Positions 38,815-49,835 are shown, numbered from the stretch's first letter. The stretch is 64,000 nucleotides of DNA from Angustibacter luteus (GCF_039541115.1 NZ_BAABFP010000004.1:496001-560000), one strand, 5' to 3'. Made by a program: numbers and translations. The notes: generated by a model from the letters alone, not told the origin.

Positions 38815-39534
38815 TTGTACGGAGCACTGACCGACGAGCAGTACCTGACGAGCACGGCCCGCGACGCCGGCGTGATGACCGCGGTGCTCACGCGACACCC
38901 GCTGACCACGCCCGTGCCGTCCTGCCCGGGCTGGGACCTCGCCGAGCTCGGCGGCCACCTCGGCGTCATCCACCGCTGGGCCCGCGACTCGCTGGCCTCT
39001 GATTCCCCGCCCGACGAGGGACAGCCGCCCAGCCGCGAGGAGCTGGCCGGCTGGTACCGGGACAGCGCCGACGCACTGCTCTCGGCGCTGCGGGCGGCCA
39101 GGTCGGACGACCCGTGCTGGGGCTTCGGGCCGCACCCACGCACCGTCCGGTTCTGGCTCCGGCGGCAGGCCCACGAGACCTGCATCCACGCCTGGGACGC
39201 CGCGAACGCGGTCGGCGCCCCGCCGGCGATCGCCGCGGACCTCGCTGCGGACGGGCTCGACGAGGTCGCCGGGATGTTCTACCCGCGCCAGATCCGCCTC
39301 GGACGGCGCGAGCCCCTGGGTGTCGCCCTCGCCTTCGCCGCGACCGACGTGGGCCGCGTCAGCGTGCTCGGCGAAGGGGAGCCGGTCGCAACGGTGAGCG
39401 GCTCGGCCGAGCAGCTCCTGCTCGGCCTGTGGCGACGCCGCGACCTGGCTGCCCTGCTGGCCGACGGCGATGTCCGGATGGACGGTGACACCGCGGTGGC
39501 GCACGCGGTGCTCGCCGAGCAGCTGACGCCGTAG
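38815..39534 (+). CDS. Mycothiol-dependent maleylpyruvate isomerase (MDMPI) family protein
   Basis: VPSCPGWDLAELGGHLG..HRW, RRQAHET.IH.WD, AADGLDE. Confidence 0.85.
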   Translation: MYGALTDEQYLTSTARDAGVMTAVLTRHPLTTPVPSCPGWDLAELGGHLGVIHRWARDSLASDSPPDEGQPPSREELAGWYRDSADALLSALRAARSDDPCWGFGPHPRTVRFWLRRQAHETCIHAWDAANAVGAPPAIAADLAADGLDEVAGMFYPRQIRLGRREPLGVALAFAATDVGRVSVLGEGEPVATVSGSAEQLLLGLWRRRDLAALLADGDVRMDGDTAVAHAVLAEQLTP

Positions 39535-39562
39535 CCCTCGCATCGCCCCATCCTAGGCGCGG

Positions 39563-39580
39563 CGTCTGGGATCCCAGACG
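39563..39580. promoter_or_regulatory. HutR operator
   Basis: Perfect palindrome CGTCTGGGATCCCAGACG upstream of hutH; resembles the TCTG..AT..CAGA motif of corynebacterial IclR-type HutR. Confidence 0.75.
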
Positions 39581-39625
39581 GTTCCGGCGTTCGCGGGATG
39601 GTCCGGCACTGCCCGCGCGAGTCCA

Positions 39626-41206
39626 ATGGATCCCATGACCGACACGCTGCACCGTCCCGCCGCCACCACCCAGGTCACCGTGGGAATCGGCCCGCTCACG
39701 CCGTCCGACGTCGTCGCCGTGGCCCGGCACGGGGCGGGGGTGCGGCTGGGTGACGACTCGCTCGCCGAGATCGCCCGCACCCGGGCCGTCATCGAGGCGC
39801 TCGCGGACGACGTCGAGCCGCACTACGGCGTCTCCACGGGCTTCGGGGCGCTGGCCACCAAGCACATCCCCACCGAGCGTCGGGCCCAGCTGCAGCGCAG
39901 CCTGGTCCGCTCGCACGCGGCGGGCTCCGGCGCCGAGGTCGAGCGCGAGGTGGTGCGCGCGCTGATGCTGCTGCGCCTGTCGACGCTGGCCACCGGGCGC
40001 ACCGGCGTCCGACCCGTCGTCGCGACCACCTACGCCGCGATCCTGGACGCCGGGATCACCCCGGTCGTGCGCGAGTACGGCTCGCTGGGGTGCTCGGGCG
40101 ACCTGGCGCCGCTCGCGCACTGTGCGCTGGCGCTGATGGGTGAGGGTGAGGTGCGCACGGCCGACGGTGAGCTCAAGGACGCTGCGCAGGCGTTGCGCGA
40201 GAACGGAATCGAGCCGGTCGAGCTGGCCGAGAAGGAGGGCCTGGCGCTGATCAACGGCACCGACGGCATGCTCGGCATGCTGGTGCTCGCGCTGCACGAC
40301 CTGGGCGAGCTGCTGGCGGCGGCCGACATCGCGGCGGCACTCAGCGTCGAGTCGCTGCTCGGCACCGACGCGGTGTTCGCCGACGACCTGCAGGCCCTGC
40401 GCCCGCACCCGGGCCAGGCCGCGGCGGCCGCCAACCTGCGCGCCGTCCTGGCCGAGAGCCCGATCATGGCCAGCCATCGCGGCCCCGAGTGCACGCGCGT
40501 GCAGGACGCGTACTCGCTGCGCTGCGCGCCCCAGGTGCACGGCGCCGCGCGGGACACCGCCGCGCACGCGCTGCGGGTGGCCGAGTGCGAGCTGGCCGCG
40601 GCGGTCGACAACCCCGTGGTCACGCTGGACGGCCGGGTCGAGAGCAACGGCAACTTCCACGGTGCCCCGGTGGCGTACGTGCTGGACTTCCTAGCGATCG
40701 CGGTGGCGGACGTCGCGTCGATGAGCGAGCGCCGGACGGACCGCTTCCTCGACGTCTCCCGCAGCAACGGCCTACCGCCGTTCCTGGCCGATGACCCGGG
40801 CGTGGACAGCGGCCACATGATCGCGCAGTACACGGCTGCCGGGATCGTCAGCGAGCTCAAGCGCCTCGCCGTGCCGGCCAGCGTGGACTCGATCCCCAGC
40901 AGCGCGATGCAGGAGGACCACGTGTCCATGGGCTGGGCGGCCGCCCGCAAGCTTCGCCGCTCGATCGACGGCCTCGGCCGGGTCATCGCCATCGAGGTGC
41001 TGACCGCCTGCCGCGCGATGGAGCTGCGCGCCCCGCTCGAGCCGGCGCCGGCGACCGGGGCCGTCCGCGACGTCCTGCGGGCGGGCGGCGCGCCCGGACC
41101 CGGTGGCGACCGCTACCTGGCCCCCGAGATCGAGGTCGCGGTGCAGGCGGTGGTCCGGGGCGACGTCCGGCGGGCCGCCGAGCAGCACACCGGCCCCCTG
41201 CACTGA
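39626..41206 (+). CDS. hutH: Histidine ammonia-lyase
   Basis: [22 protein letters not shown] (MIO triad), [31 protein letters not shown]. Confidence 0.96.
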   Translation: MDPMTDTLHRPAATTQVTVGIGPLTPSDVVAVARHGAGVRLGDDSLAEIARTRAVIEALADDVEPHYGVSTGFGALATKHIPTERRAQLQRSLVRSHAAGSGAEVEREVVRALMLLRLSTLATGRTGVRPVVATTYAAILDAGITPVVREYGSLGCSGDLAPLAHCALALMGEGEVRTADGELKDAAQALRENGIEPVELAEKEGLALINGTDGMLGMLVLALHDLGELLAAADIAAALSVESLLGTDAVFADDLQALRPHPGQAAAAANLRAVLAESPIMASHRGPECTRVQDAYSLRCAPQVHGAARDTAAHALRVAECELAAAVDNPVVTLDGRVESNGNFHGAPVAYVLDFLAIAVADVASMSERRTDRFLDVSRSNGLPPFLADDPGVDSGHMIAQYTAAGIVSELKRLAVPASVDSIPSSAMQEDHVSMGWAAARKLRRSIDGLGRVIAIEVLTACRAMELRAPLEPAPATGAVRDVLRAGGAPGPGGDRYLAPEIEVAVQAVVRGDVRRAAEQHTGPLH

Positions 41207-41219
41207 CCGCGCCCCCCCG

Positions 41220-41274
41220 GATGTCCCGCTATCCGGGGTCATGAGGGGCTCAGAACCCCGGATAGCGGGACATC
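41220..41274. repeat. REP-like palindromic element family A, copy 2
   Basis: GATGTCCCGCTATCCGGGGTCA-11 nt-GAACCCCGGATAGCGGGACATC. Confidence 0.9.
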
Positions 41275-41309
41275 TGCGGAACCGAGAGCGAACGAGGAGA
41301 CGAGACGAC

Positions 41310-42974
41310 ATGGCGATGGACGGCGCACGACCGGTCCGGGCGGCCCGCGGGACGACGCTGACGGCGCGCAGCTGGCAGACCGAGGCCCCGCTGCGGATGC
41401 TGCAGAACAACCTCGACCCCGAGGTGGCCGAGCGGCCGGACGACCTGGTCGTCTACGGCGGCACCGGCCGCGCGGCGCGGGACTGGCGCAGCTACGACGC
41501 CATCGTCCGCACGCTCACCACGCTCGCGGACGACGAGACGCTGCTCGTGCAGTCCGGTCGGCCCGTCGGTGTGATGCGCACCCACGAGTGGGCGCCGCGC
41601 GTGTTGATCGCCAACTCGAACCTCGTCGGTGACTGGGCGACCTGGCCGAAGTTCCGTGAGCTCGAGCGCCAGGGCCTGACGATGTACGGGCAGATGACAG
41701 CCGGCTCCTGGATCTACATCGGCACCCAGGGGATCCTGCAGGGCACCTACGAGACCTTCGCCGCGGTCGCCGCCAAGCGCTTCAACGGAACCCTCGCGGG
41801 CACCCTCACCGTGACCGGCGGCTGCGGTGGCATGGGTGGCGCGCAGCCGCTCGCCGTCACCCTCAACGGTGGTGTCTGCCTGGTCGTGGACGTCGACGAG
41901 ACCCGCCTGCGCCGCCGCGTCGACCACCGGTACCTGGACGAGGTCGCCACCGACCTGGACGACGCGATCGCCCGCTGCGAGAAGGCGAAGGCCGACCGGC
42001 GTGCGCTGTCCGTCGGCCTGGTCGGGAACTGCGCGACCGTGCTGCCGGAGCTGCTGCGCCGCGGTGTCGCGGTGGACGTCGTCACCGACCAGACCAGCGC
42101 GCACGACCCGCTCAGCTACCTGCCCGAGGGTGTCGACCTCGCCGACTGGCAGGACTACGCCGAGGCCAAGCCTGAGGAGTTCACCGACCGGGCGCGGGTC
42201 TCGATGGCCAAGCACGTCGAGGCCATGGTCGGCTTCATGGACGCCGGCGCCGAGGTGTTCGACTACGGCAACTCGATCCGGGACGAGGCCCGCCAGGGGG
42301 GCTTCGATCGGGCGTTCGCGTTCCCCGGCTTCGTGCCGGCGTACATCCGCCCGCTGTTCTGCGAGGGCAAGGGCCCCTTCCGCTGGGCGGCGCTGAGCGG
42401 CGACCCGAAGGACATCGCGGCCACCGACAAGGCCGTGCTGGACCTGTTCCCGGACAACGACCACCTGCACCGCTGGATCCGCGCGGCCCAGGACCGGGTC
42501 GCGTTCCAGGGCATGCCGGCCCGGATCTGCTGGCTCGGCTACGGCGAGCGCGACAAGGCCGGCCTGAAGTTCAACGAGATGGTCGCCAGCGGCGAGGTCA
42601 AGGCCCCGATCGTGATCGGCCGCGACCACCTGGACTGCGGCAGCGTCGCCTCGCCGTACCGCGAGACCGAGGCGATGGCCGACGGCTCCGACGCGATCGC
42701 CGACTGGCCGCTGCTGAACGCGCTGGTCAACACGGCGTCCGGCGCGAGCTGGGTCTCGATCCACCACGGTGGCGGTGTCGGCATCGGCCGCTCCATCCAC
42801 GCCGGTCAGGTCAGCGTCGCGGACGGCACGGAGCTGGCCGCGGCCAAGCTCGAGCGGGTGCTGACCAACGACCCGGGCATGGGCGTGATCCGGCACGTGG
42901 ACGCCGGGTACGACCTCGCCGACCACGTGGCCCAGGAGCGGGGCGTGCGCGTCCCGATGCGCGAGGGGGTCTAG
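41310..42974 (+). CDS. hutU: Urocanate hydratase
   Basis: [58 protein letters not shown]. Confidence 0.97.
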   Translation: MAMDGARPVRAARGTTLTARSWQTEAPLRMLQNNLDPEVAERPDDLVVYGGTGRAARDWRSYDAIVRTLTTLADDETLLVQSGRPVGVMRTHEWAPRVLIANSNLVGDWATWPKFRELERQGLTMYGQMTAGSWIYIGTQGILQGTYETFAAVAAKRFNGTLAGTLTVTGGCGGMGGAQPLAVTLNGGVCLVVDVDETRLRRRVDHRYLDEVATDLDDAIARCEKAKADRRALSVGLVGNCATVLPELLRRGVAVDVVTDQTSAHDPLSYLPEGVDLADWQDYAEAKPEEFTDRARVSMAKHVEAMVGFMDAGAEVFDYGNSIRDEARQGGFDRAFAFPGFVPAYIRPLFCEGKGPFRWAALSGDPKDIAATDKAVLDLFPDNDHLHRWIRAAQDRVAFQGMPARICWLGYGERDKAGLKFNEMVASGEVKAPIVIGRDHLDCGSVASPYRETEAMADGSDAIADWPLLNALVNTASGASWVSIHHGGGVGIGRSIHAGQVSVADGTELAAAKLERVLTNDPGMGVIRHVDAGYDLADHVAQERGVRVPMREGV

Positions 42975-43462
42975 TTCGTGGCGGTCTGGTCGTGGGTGGC
43001 GGGCTCGTCGGAGATGTCCGCGACCCGCGCGTCCAGCGCCCGGATCGCGTCGTCGGCCTGGACGACGACCCCGACCCCGTGCGCGCCGGCACCGAGCGAG
43101 ATCTCCTGTCCGACAACGGCTTCGTCGACGACCACGGGCCAGGCCCGGGTCGAGCCGAACGGCGTGATCGTGCCGCGCTCGTACCCGGTGACGGCGAGTG
43201 CGGTGTCGGCGTCCGGCATGGAGATGCGGTTGACGCCGAGCAGGGCGCGCAGCTTCGGCCAGGAGATCTCGCGGTCACCGGGGACCAGGACGAACAGGAA
43301 GTCGTCGTCCGCCCGGCGCACCACGATGGACTTCAGCAGGGCGCGTGGCGCGATGCCGCGGGCGGCGGCGGCCTCGGCCAGCGAGCGGACCCGCCCGTGC
43401 CGCACGACCCGGTACTCGATGCCGGCGGCGTCCAGCGCGGCCAGCGCCCGTTCCTCACTCAT
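42971..43462 (-). CDS. YbaK/EbsC aminoacyl-tRNA deacylase family protein
   Basis: [34 protein letters not shown]. Confidence 0.88.
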   Translation of the reverse strand: MSEERALAALDAAGIEYRVVRHGRVRSLAEAAAARGIAPRALLKSIVVRRADDDFLFVLVPGDREISWPKLRALLGVNRISMPDADTALAVTGYERGTITPFGSTRAWPVVVDEAVVGQEISLGAGAHGVGVVVQADDAIRALDARVADISDEPATHDQTATN

Positions 43463-43494
43463 GCCTGTGCACCCTACGACCGCCGCCCCCCTCC

Positions 43495-43594
43495 CCGCGG
43501 TGATCATGCACGTTCGCCCCGGCGGGGTGGGCGAACGTGCATGATCACCGCGGAGGGATGCGGGGGTTGGGGCGAACGTGCATGATCACCGCGG
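43495..43594. repeat. REP-like cluster family B: three 25-bp units (one inverted, two direct)
   Basis: CCGCGGTGATCATGCACGTTCGCCC at 43495; GGGCGAACGTGCATGATCACCGCGG at 43529 and 43570. Confidence 0.92.
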
Positions 43595-43613
43595 AGTGCG
43601 GGAGGGTGGGTCG

Positions 43614-44825
43614 GTGAGCAGCCACGACGCGAGCAGCCAGCAGAGCTTCAGCCGGTGGTGGGCCGAGCTCGACCCGATCGGTCGTTCGCCGTCGGGCGGG
43701 TACCGGCGCTTCGCCTGGACGCGGCAGGACGCGACGCTGCGGGAGTGGTTCCGCGGCGCCGCGGGCGGCCTCGGTCTCGATGTCGTCACCGACCGCACGG
43801 GCAACGTGTGGGCGTGGTGGGGCGACCCGGACGCCGATGGCCCGGGCGTGGTGATCGGCAGCCACCTGGACTCGGTGCCGGAGGGTGGCGCGTTCGACGG
43901 TCCGCTGGGCGTGGTCTCGTCGCTCGCCGCCGTGGAAGCGTTGCAGCAGAGCGGCTTCACCCCGCGACACCCGATCGCGGTGGCCTGCTTCGGCGACGAG
44001 GAGGGCGCACGGTTCGGCATCGCGTGCGCCGGTTCCCGGCTGCTCACCGGCGCGCTGGACGCCGACCGGGCGCGCGCGCTGCGCGACGGTGACGGCACCA
44101 CCATGGCCGAGGCGATGGCCGCGGCCGGGCACGACCCGCAGCACGTGGGTCGCGACGACGAGACCCTGCGCCGGGTCGGCATGTTCGTCGAGCTGCACGT
44201 CGAGCAGGGGCGTGGCCTGGTGGACGTCGACTCCGCCGTCGGCGTGGGCAGCGCGATCTGGCCGCACGGCCGGTGGCGCTTCGACCTCGCCGGACGCGCC
44301 GACCACGCGGGCACCACGCGCCTGGCCGACCGCACCGACCCGATGCTCGACCTCGCCGCGCTGATCCAGGCCGCGCGGGCCGCAGCCGAGCGCTACGACG
44401 CCGTGGCCACCGTCGGCAAGGTGAGCGTGAACCCCAACGGGGTCAACGCGATCCCGTCGTCGGTCTCCGCCTGGCTGGACGCCCGCGGCCCCGACGAGTC
44501 CGACGTCCGCTCCCTGGTTGCCGACCTGTCCGACGCGTACGGGCGTCCGGACGAGGAGTCGTGGACGCCGCGCACGCCGTTCCACCCGACCCTGTCCGCG
44601 AACGTGGTGCACGCCCTGGAGGAGCTCGGCGAGCCAGTCCCGGTGCTGGAGACGGGGGCGGGTCACGACGCCGGCGTGCTCAGCCAGACGGGCATCCCGA
44701 CGTCCATGCTCTACGTCCGCAACCCCACGGGCGTCTCGCACTCCCCGCTCGAGCACGCCGAGGTCGACGACTGCCTGGCCGGGGTCGACGCGCTGACCCA
44801 CGTGGTGCGAAGGCTGGCGCAGTGA
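43614..44825 (+). CDS. M20/allantoate amidohydrolase family protein (probable N-formylglutamate-processing step of the hut pathway)
   Basis: GSHLDSV, DGPLGV, DEEGARF, ELHVEQG, DHAGT, GAGHDA, GVSHSP.E. Confidence 0.85.
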   Translation: MSSHDASSQQSFSRWWAELDPIGRSPSGGYRRFAWTRQDATLREWFRGAAGGLGLDVVTDRTGNVWAWWGDPDADGPGVVIGSHLDSVPEGGAFDGPLGVVSSLAAVEALQQSGFTPRHPIAVACFGDEEGARFGIACAGSRLLTGALDADRARALRDGDGTTMAEAMAAAGHDPQHVGRDDETLRRVGMFVELHVEQGRGLVDVDSAVGVGSAIWPHGRWRFDLAGRADHAGTTRLADRTDPMLDLAALIQAARAAAERYDAVATVGKVSVNPNGVNAIPSSVSAWLDARGPDESDVRSLVADLSDAYGRPDEESWTPRTPFHPTLSANVVHALEELGEPVPVLETGAGHDAGVLSQTGIPTSMLYVRNPTGVSHSPLEHAEVDDCLAGVDALTHVVRRLAQ

Positions 44826-46147
44826 CGGACTGGTGGTGCGAGCAGGCCTGGCTGGACGACGCGCCCGTCGCGGGCGTCCGGGTGCGCGAGCAGGCGGGCG
44901 TCATCACCGCGGTCGAGCGCGGGGTCACCGCGGAGCCGGGTGACGAGCGGCTGACCGGACTGGTGCTCCCCGGCTTCGCGAACGCGCACTCGCACGCCTT
45001 CCACCGGGCCATGCGCGGCCGTACGCACGACGAGGGCGGCACGTTCTGGACCTGGCGGGAGCGGATGTACGCCGTCGCCGGGCAGCTCGACCCGGACTCC
45101 TACCTACGGCTGGCCCGGGCCACCTACGCCGAGATGGCCCTGGCCGGGGTGACCTGCGTCGGCGAGTTCCACTACCTGCACCACGGCCCCGGCGGCACGC
45201 CGTACGACGACCCCAACGCGATGGCCGAGGCGCTGCGCGAGGCCGCCCGGGACGCCGGCCTCCGGATCACCCTGCTCGACACCTGCTACCTCGCTGGTGG
45301 GCTGACGCCGGAGGGCCACACCCGTCCGGACCCGGTGCAGCAACGCTTCTCGGACGGGACGTCGTCGCGCTGGGCGGCGCGGGTCGCGGACCTGCGCGCG
45401 GACGACGTCCTGCGGGTCGGCACGGCGATCCACTCCGTGCGGGCGGTGCCGAAGATCGAGCTGGGCGAGGTCGCCGCGGCGTTCCCGGACGCACCGCTGC
45501 ACGCGCACCTGTCCGAGCAGGTCGGCGAGAACCTGGCGGCGTTCGCGTTCTACGGGCTCGGCCCGACCGAGCTGATGGCATCGGCCGACGCGCTGGGGCC
45601 GCGCAGCACGATGGTGCACGCCACCGTGGCGCCGCACATGGAGCTGCTCGGCAGCACCGGGACCAACGTGTGCATCTGCCCGACGACCGAGCGAGACCTG
45701 GCGGACGGGATCGGTCCGGCCCGGCTGATGGCCGACCACGGCAGCCCCCTGTGCCTGGGCAGCGACCAGAACGCGGTCGTCGACCTGCTCGAGGAGGCGC
45801 GCGCGCTGGAGATGCACGAGCGGCTGTTCACGTTGGAGCGCGGGGTGTTCAGCCCCGCCGAACTGGTCGCGGCGCTGACCCACCAGGGGCATGCCGCGCT
45901 GGGCTGGCCGGAGGCCGGGCGGATCCAGGTCGGCGCCCCGGCGGACCTCGTCGCCGTCCGGCTCGACACCGTGCGGACGGCTGGAACCGCTGCGGCGCAA
46001 GCGGTCTACGCCGCGACCGCCAGTGACGTGCACGCGGTGGTGCAGGGCGGCCGGGTCGTCGTCCGCGACGGCGAGCACGTGCTCGGTGACGTCGGACGCC
46101 TGCTCGCCGAGGCCATCGAACCGCTGTGGGCGGGCGAACGTGCATGA
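44822..46147 (+). CDS. hutF: Formimidoylglutamate deiminase
   Basis: [50 protein letters not shown]. Confidence 0.92.
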   Translation: MTDWWCEQAWLDDAPVAGVRVREQAGVITAVERGVTAEPGDERLTGLVLPGFANAHSHAFHRAMRGRTHDEGGTFWTWRERMYAVAGQLDPDSYLRLARATYAEMALAGVTCVGEFHYLHHGPGGTPYDDPNAMAEALREAARDAGLRITLLDTCYLAGGLTPEGHTRPDPVQQRFSDGTSSRWAARVADLRADDVLRVGTAIHSVRAVPKIELGEVAAAFPDAPLHAHLSEQVGENLAAFAFYGLGPTELMASADALGPRSTMVHATVAPHMELLGSTGTNVCICPTTERDLADGIGPARLMADHGSPLCLGSDQNAVVDLLEEARALEMHERLFTLERGVFSPAELVAALTHQGHAALGWPEAGRIQVGAPADLVAVRLDTVRTAGTAAAQAVYAATASDVHAVVQGGRVVVRDGEHVLGDVGRLLAEAIEPLWAGERA

Positions 46148-46188
46148 TCACCACAACCAACTCCGCGGTGATCATGCACGTTCGCCCC
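46132..46188. repeat. REP-like pair family B overlapping the hutF stop
   Basis: GGGCGAACGTGCATGATCACC ... CTCCGCGGTGATCATGCACGTTCGCCCC. Confidence 0.9.
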
Positions 46189-46208
46189 GACGCGAAGAGG
46201 GAGGGCGC

Positions 46209-47387
46209 ATGAGCAGCGTGCTGGTCACCGGCATCGCCGAGCTGGTCACCAACGACCCGAGCGTGGGCGACGGCAGCCCGCTCGGCCTGGTCGAGCGCGC
46301 GGCACTCGTGCTGGACGCCGGACGGGTGGCCTGGGCCGGCCCGGCCGCGCAGGCACCGATCACCGACACCCACGTCGACCTCGGCGGCCGCGCGGTCGTG
46401 CCGGGTTTCGTGGACTCGCACAGCCACCTGGTGTTCGCCGGTGACCGGGCTCGCGAGTTCGAGGCTCGGATGACCGGCGCCCGCTACGACGGTGGCGGCA
46501 TCGTCACCACCGTCGCCGCGACCCGGGCGGCCCCGGACGAGCTGCTGCTGGCTCGCACCCGCGCGCTGGTCGCCGAGATGCGCGCGCAGGGCACCACGAC
46601 GGTCGAGGTCAAGAGCGGCTACGGCCTCACCGTCGCCGACGAGGCGCGCAGCCTGCGCATCGCCCGCGAGGTGACCGCCGAGACCACCTTCCTCGGCGCG
46701 CACGTGGTGCCCGCTGGCGCCGACCGCGACGAGTACGTCGCGCTGGTCACCGGCCGGATGCTCGAGGCCTGCGCGCCGCACGCCCGCTGGGTCGACGTGT
46801 TCTGCGAACCGGCCAGCGCGCACGCGTTCGACGGTGACGAGGCGCGCGCCGTGCTGCAGGCGGGGATCGCGGCCGGGCTGCTGCCCCGGGTGCACGGCAA
46901 CCAGCTCTCGGCCGGGCCGGGCGTCCAGCTCGCCGTCGAGGTCGGCGCGGCCAGTGTCGACCACTGCACCTACCTGACCAGCGCGGACGTCGACGCGCTG
47001 GCCGCCGCCGCCCCGACGTCGGGCCGCGACGGCACCGTCGCGACCCTGCTGCCCGGCGTCGAGTTCTCCACGCGCTCGCCCTACCCGGACGCCCGAGCGC
47101 TGGTCGACGCCGGCGTCACGGTCGCGCTGGCCACGGACTGCAACCCCGGCACCTGCTACACGTCGTCCATCCCGCTGGTTGTGGCGCTCGCCGTCCGCGA
47201 GATGGGGATGTCGCCGGCCGAGGCGCTCTGGTCGGTGACCGCAGGGGGCGCGCAGGCTCTGCGGCGCGGCGACATCGGGCACCTCGGGGTCGGCGCGAAG
47301 GCCGATCTCACCGTGCTCGAGGCGCCGACGTACCGGCACCTGGCATACCGGCCGGGAGTTCCGATCGCCAAGGTTCTCGACGTCTGA
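46209..47387 (+). CDS. hutI: Imidazolonepropionase
   Basis: [44 protein letters not shown]. Confidence 0.95.
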   Translation: MSSVLVTGIAELVTNDPSVGDGSPLGLVERAALVLDAGRVAWAGPAAQAPITDTHVDLGGRAVVPGFVDSHSHLVFAGDRAREFEARMTGARYDGGGIVTTVAATRAAPDELLLARTRALVAEMRAQGTTTVEVKSGYGLTVADEARSLRIAREVTAETTFLGAHVVPAGADRDEYVALVTGRMLEACAPHARWVDVFCEPASAHAFDGDEARAVLQAGIAAGLLPRVHGNQLSAGPGVQLAVEVGAASVDHCTYLTSADVDALAAAAPTSGRDGTVATLLPGVEFSTRSPYPDARALVDAGVTVALATDCNPGTCYTSSIPLVVALAVREMGMSPAEALWSVTAGGAQALRRGDIGHLGVGAKADLTVLEAPTYRHLAYRPGVPIAKVLDV

Positions 47388-47412
47388 GGGCGACGCGCCG
47401 ATACTGACCGTC

Positions 47413-48312
47413 GTGCGAATCCATCCCACCACCCCGGGGGAGTACGACGACGTCATCGACCTGTCGCTGCGCTGCTGCCCGCAGTACACCCGCCCGCTCG
47501 TGGAGGGCCCGGTCAGGGATCCCTCGCTCAGCGAGGACCGGACCATGCTCACGGCATCAGCCGACGGGCGAGCGGTCGGCTTCGCGATCCAGCTCCACCT
47601 GGTGGGTACCCCAGCCGGCCAGTACGTGACTGTCGTCGTGGTGGATCCGGATCATCGCGGCCAGGGCCTGGGAGCCCGGCTGCATGCCGCGCTGGCGGAC
47701 CAGCTGCCAGCGCAGGTCACGGCGGCGATGGCGCAGGTGGACGACGCGGACGAGCAGGCGCTGGCCGTGGCCCAGCACTGGGGCTACCAGGTGATGCAGC
47801 GTTCGATCACCTCACAGCTGGACCTCGTCGACCTGCCGGCCGTGGAGCTGCCGGAGGGCGTCACGGTGCAACCCAGCCCGAGACTGTCCTTCGACGACGA
47901 GGCGGCGGTCGAGGCCATGTACGACGCCAGCCAGACGAATCCTGAACGTGAGCACGCCGGGGTGTCCACGCTCGCGACCTTGCGGGCGTACGCCTCGGCC
48001 GAGGGCGCGGAACGGCCGGTGGCCGTGGTCGTGCGCGATCACGGGCGACCGGTGGCGCTGTCGTACGGGATCGTCCACGGCGACGTCGCGCAGGTGGTGT
48101 ACACCGGCGTCGATCCCGCCCACCGAGGCCGGGCGCTGGGTGCCCTGGCGAAGGCCTGCCTGCACGCGCAGGCCGCCGCGGTGGGGGCGACGGTCGCGAT
48201 CACGAACAACGAGGAGCACAACGTCGGGATCCGGCACGTCAACGACACCCTGGGCTACCGCCGGACCAGCGGTGTGTACTGGCTGCGCAAGGACTTCCCC
48301 GTCAGCTCGTGA
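47413..48312 (+). CDS. Tandem GNAT acetyltransferase
   Basis: VDPDHRGQGLG and TGVDPAHRGRALG; NNEEHN.GI..VN..LGY; leaderless after -10 CATACT. Confidence 0.8.
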   Translation: MRIHPTTPGEYDDVIDLSLRCCPQYTRPLVEGPVRDPSLSEDRTMLTASADGRAVGFAIQLHLVGTPAGQYVTVVVVDPDHRGQGLGARLHAALADQLPAQVTAAMAQVDDADEQALAVAQHWGYQVMQRSITSQLDLVDLPAVELPEGVTVQPSPRLSFDDEAAVEAMYDASQTNPEREHAGVSTLATLRAYASAEGAERPVAVVVRDHGRPVALSYGIVHGDVAQVVYTGVDPAHRGRALGALAKACLHAQAAAVGATVAITNNEEHNVGIRHVNDTLGYRRTSGVYWLRKDFPVSS

Positions 48313-48438
48313 CGGGAGCGCGACAGCGACTGGATCACCTGTGTGACAGTCCGAGCGCGGCGTCCCCCTGATGCGCTCATCGAGTGCGTCGCCGACCACA
48401 CTGCCGACCTCCCGCCCGGCCGGCGTGGGGATGAGAGC

Positions 48439-49032
48439 TCAGAGCGGCCCAAGCTCCAGCTGGACCGTCCGGCCCGAGTACTCCCACACCGCTGCGCGCA
48501 GTGCGGACTCACTGATGAGCAAAGGCTGCGAAGGGCGTGACCACCCGGTGGCGACCCAGCTCGCTACCGGCAGTACCGGCAGTGCCTCAACAAGGAGCTC
48601 GGTCGGCGCATCTGCGCGGGGTTGCAGAACGAGCAGCCGAACGGGATTGCTCGGAGCGTTCACCAGGGCGATGCGTGACACTGCTGGCCAGGGCAGTCGC
48701 AGGACCTCCAGACCGTCGTCCACGGTGATACCAGATTGGTCCAGGTGGAGAGCGCAGTACGGCCTGCGCGCACGCCAAATGCGACGGGACACCGACGTGA
48801 TCGGGGCGCCTGCCTTCCACAGCACGTACACCCCAACGCCGGCGACCCCGGCACCGAGCAGCCCCACCGCGGTGATCCCTTCCTCGCGCGGGGCGCCAAA
48901 GGCAACCCAGAGCCCCAGCACGGCCGCGGCAGCACCGAAGAGCGGCAGGGTGAGACCTTGGGCCAACAACGTGCGGAGTGCACGACGCTCGGTCACGGGG
49001 GCGATGGCGACGCTGAGCGCCTGATCAATCAC
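48439..49032 (-). CDS. Hypothetical membrane protein (2 TM plus possible PH-like domain)
   Basis: Two hydrophobic helices then LHLDQSGI...LPWPAV; atypical codon usage; start uncertain. Confidence 0.5.
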   Translation of the reverse strand: MIDQALSVAIAPVTERRALRTLLAQGLTLPLFGAAAAVLGLWVAFGAPREEGITAVGLLGAGVAGVGVYVLWKAGAPITSVSRRIWRARRPYCALHLDQSGITVDDGLEVLRLPWPAVSRIALVNAPSNPVRLLVLQPRADAPTELLVEALPVLPVASWVATGWSRPSQPLLISESALRAAVWEYSGRTVQLELGPL

Positions 49033-49101
49033 GGCGCAAGCGTAGGGGCTGGGGCGGCCCTCTCGGCGACGGTCGGGCAGGTTCTGCGGGACAGTGTCTG
49101 C

Positions 49102-49560
49102 ATGAGCGAGCAGCCGCACTACCGCCGTCCGGGATGGTTCACCCGCAACGTCGCGAACAGGCTCGTCGCGGGGCTGACCAGCCTCGGGATCAGCGTGATG
49201 GGCAGCCGCGTCCTCGAGGTCCGCGGGCGCAAGAGCGGCCTCCCGCGCCAGGTCCCGGTCAACCTGCTGAGCCTGGACGGCAGCGAGTACCTGGTGTCCG
49301 CCCGGGGCAACGGCGAGTGGGTGCGCAACGTGCGCGCCGCGGACGGCGCGCTCGTCCTGCTGCTCGGCAAGCGGCGACAGCCGCGGGTCGCCACCGAGGT
49401 ACCGGACGTCGACAAGGTGCCGATCCTGCGCGCCTACCTGAAGCGGTGGAAGGCGGAGGTGGGCGCGTTCTTCGACGGCGTCAGCGCGGACTCCACGGAC
49501 GAGCAGATCGCCGCGATCGCCGCCAAGCACCCGGTCTTCCTGCTGGCGCCGGCGGCCTAG
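49102..49560 (+). CDS. F420-dependent (deazaflavin) nitroreductase/oxidoreductase family protein
   Basis: LEVRGRKSG.PR..PV, YLVS.RG..EWVRNVRA, HPVF. Confidence 0.85.
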   Translation: MSEQPHYRRPGWFTRNVANRLVAGLTSLGISVMGSRVLEVRGRKSGLPRQVPVNLLSLDGSEYLVSARGNGEWVRNVRAADGALVLLLGKRRQPRVATEVPDVDKVPILRAYLKRWKAEVGAFFDGVSADSTDEQIAAIAAKHPVFLLAPAA

Positions 49561-49835
49561 CCGACCTCTTCGAGCTTCGGCGGCAGGTGTCCGGTGGAGT
49601 GCCGGTAGTAGGCGGCGGCCTGGCGCGCCGCGAGCATCCGCGCCACCCCGATCAGGGCCCCGCTCGCCGCGGCCCAGCCGACGGCCTCGGCCCAGCTGGT
49701 GTCGGGGTGCTCAGGGTTCGCCGGCGGCTCGCCGCCGGTGGCCGCCTTCCACCCGGCGTTGAGGATCTTCTTCGCCGCGATGCCGGAGACGATCGCCGCC
49801 GCACTGCCCATGATCTTCCAGCTCGCTGCGCCCAT
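49557..49835 (-). CDS. DUF4235 family small membrane protein
   Basis: WK..G..AAI..G..A.K.L..GWK..TG.EPP.NPE.PD..W.EAV.WA..SG. Confidence 0.8.
   Translation of the reverse strand: MGAASWKIMGSAAAIVSGIAAKKILNAGWKAATGGEPPANPEHPDTSWAEAVGWAAASGALIGVARMLAARQAAAYYRHSTGHLPPKLEEVG

Noticed and set aside
43495..43594. Three near-identical 25-bp repeats as a mini CRISPR array
   Set aside because: One copy is inverted, the spacers are only 9-16 nt, there are no cas genes or leader, and the same unit recurs as an inverted pair at 46132.
48736..49101. N-terminal extension of the F420-dependent oxidoreductase, and the 363-aa minus ORF as a single gene
   Set aside because: Both are read-throughs of shadow frames; two separate divergent genes (starts near 49032 and 49102) explain the region better.
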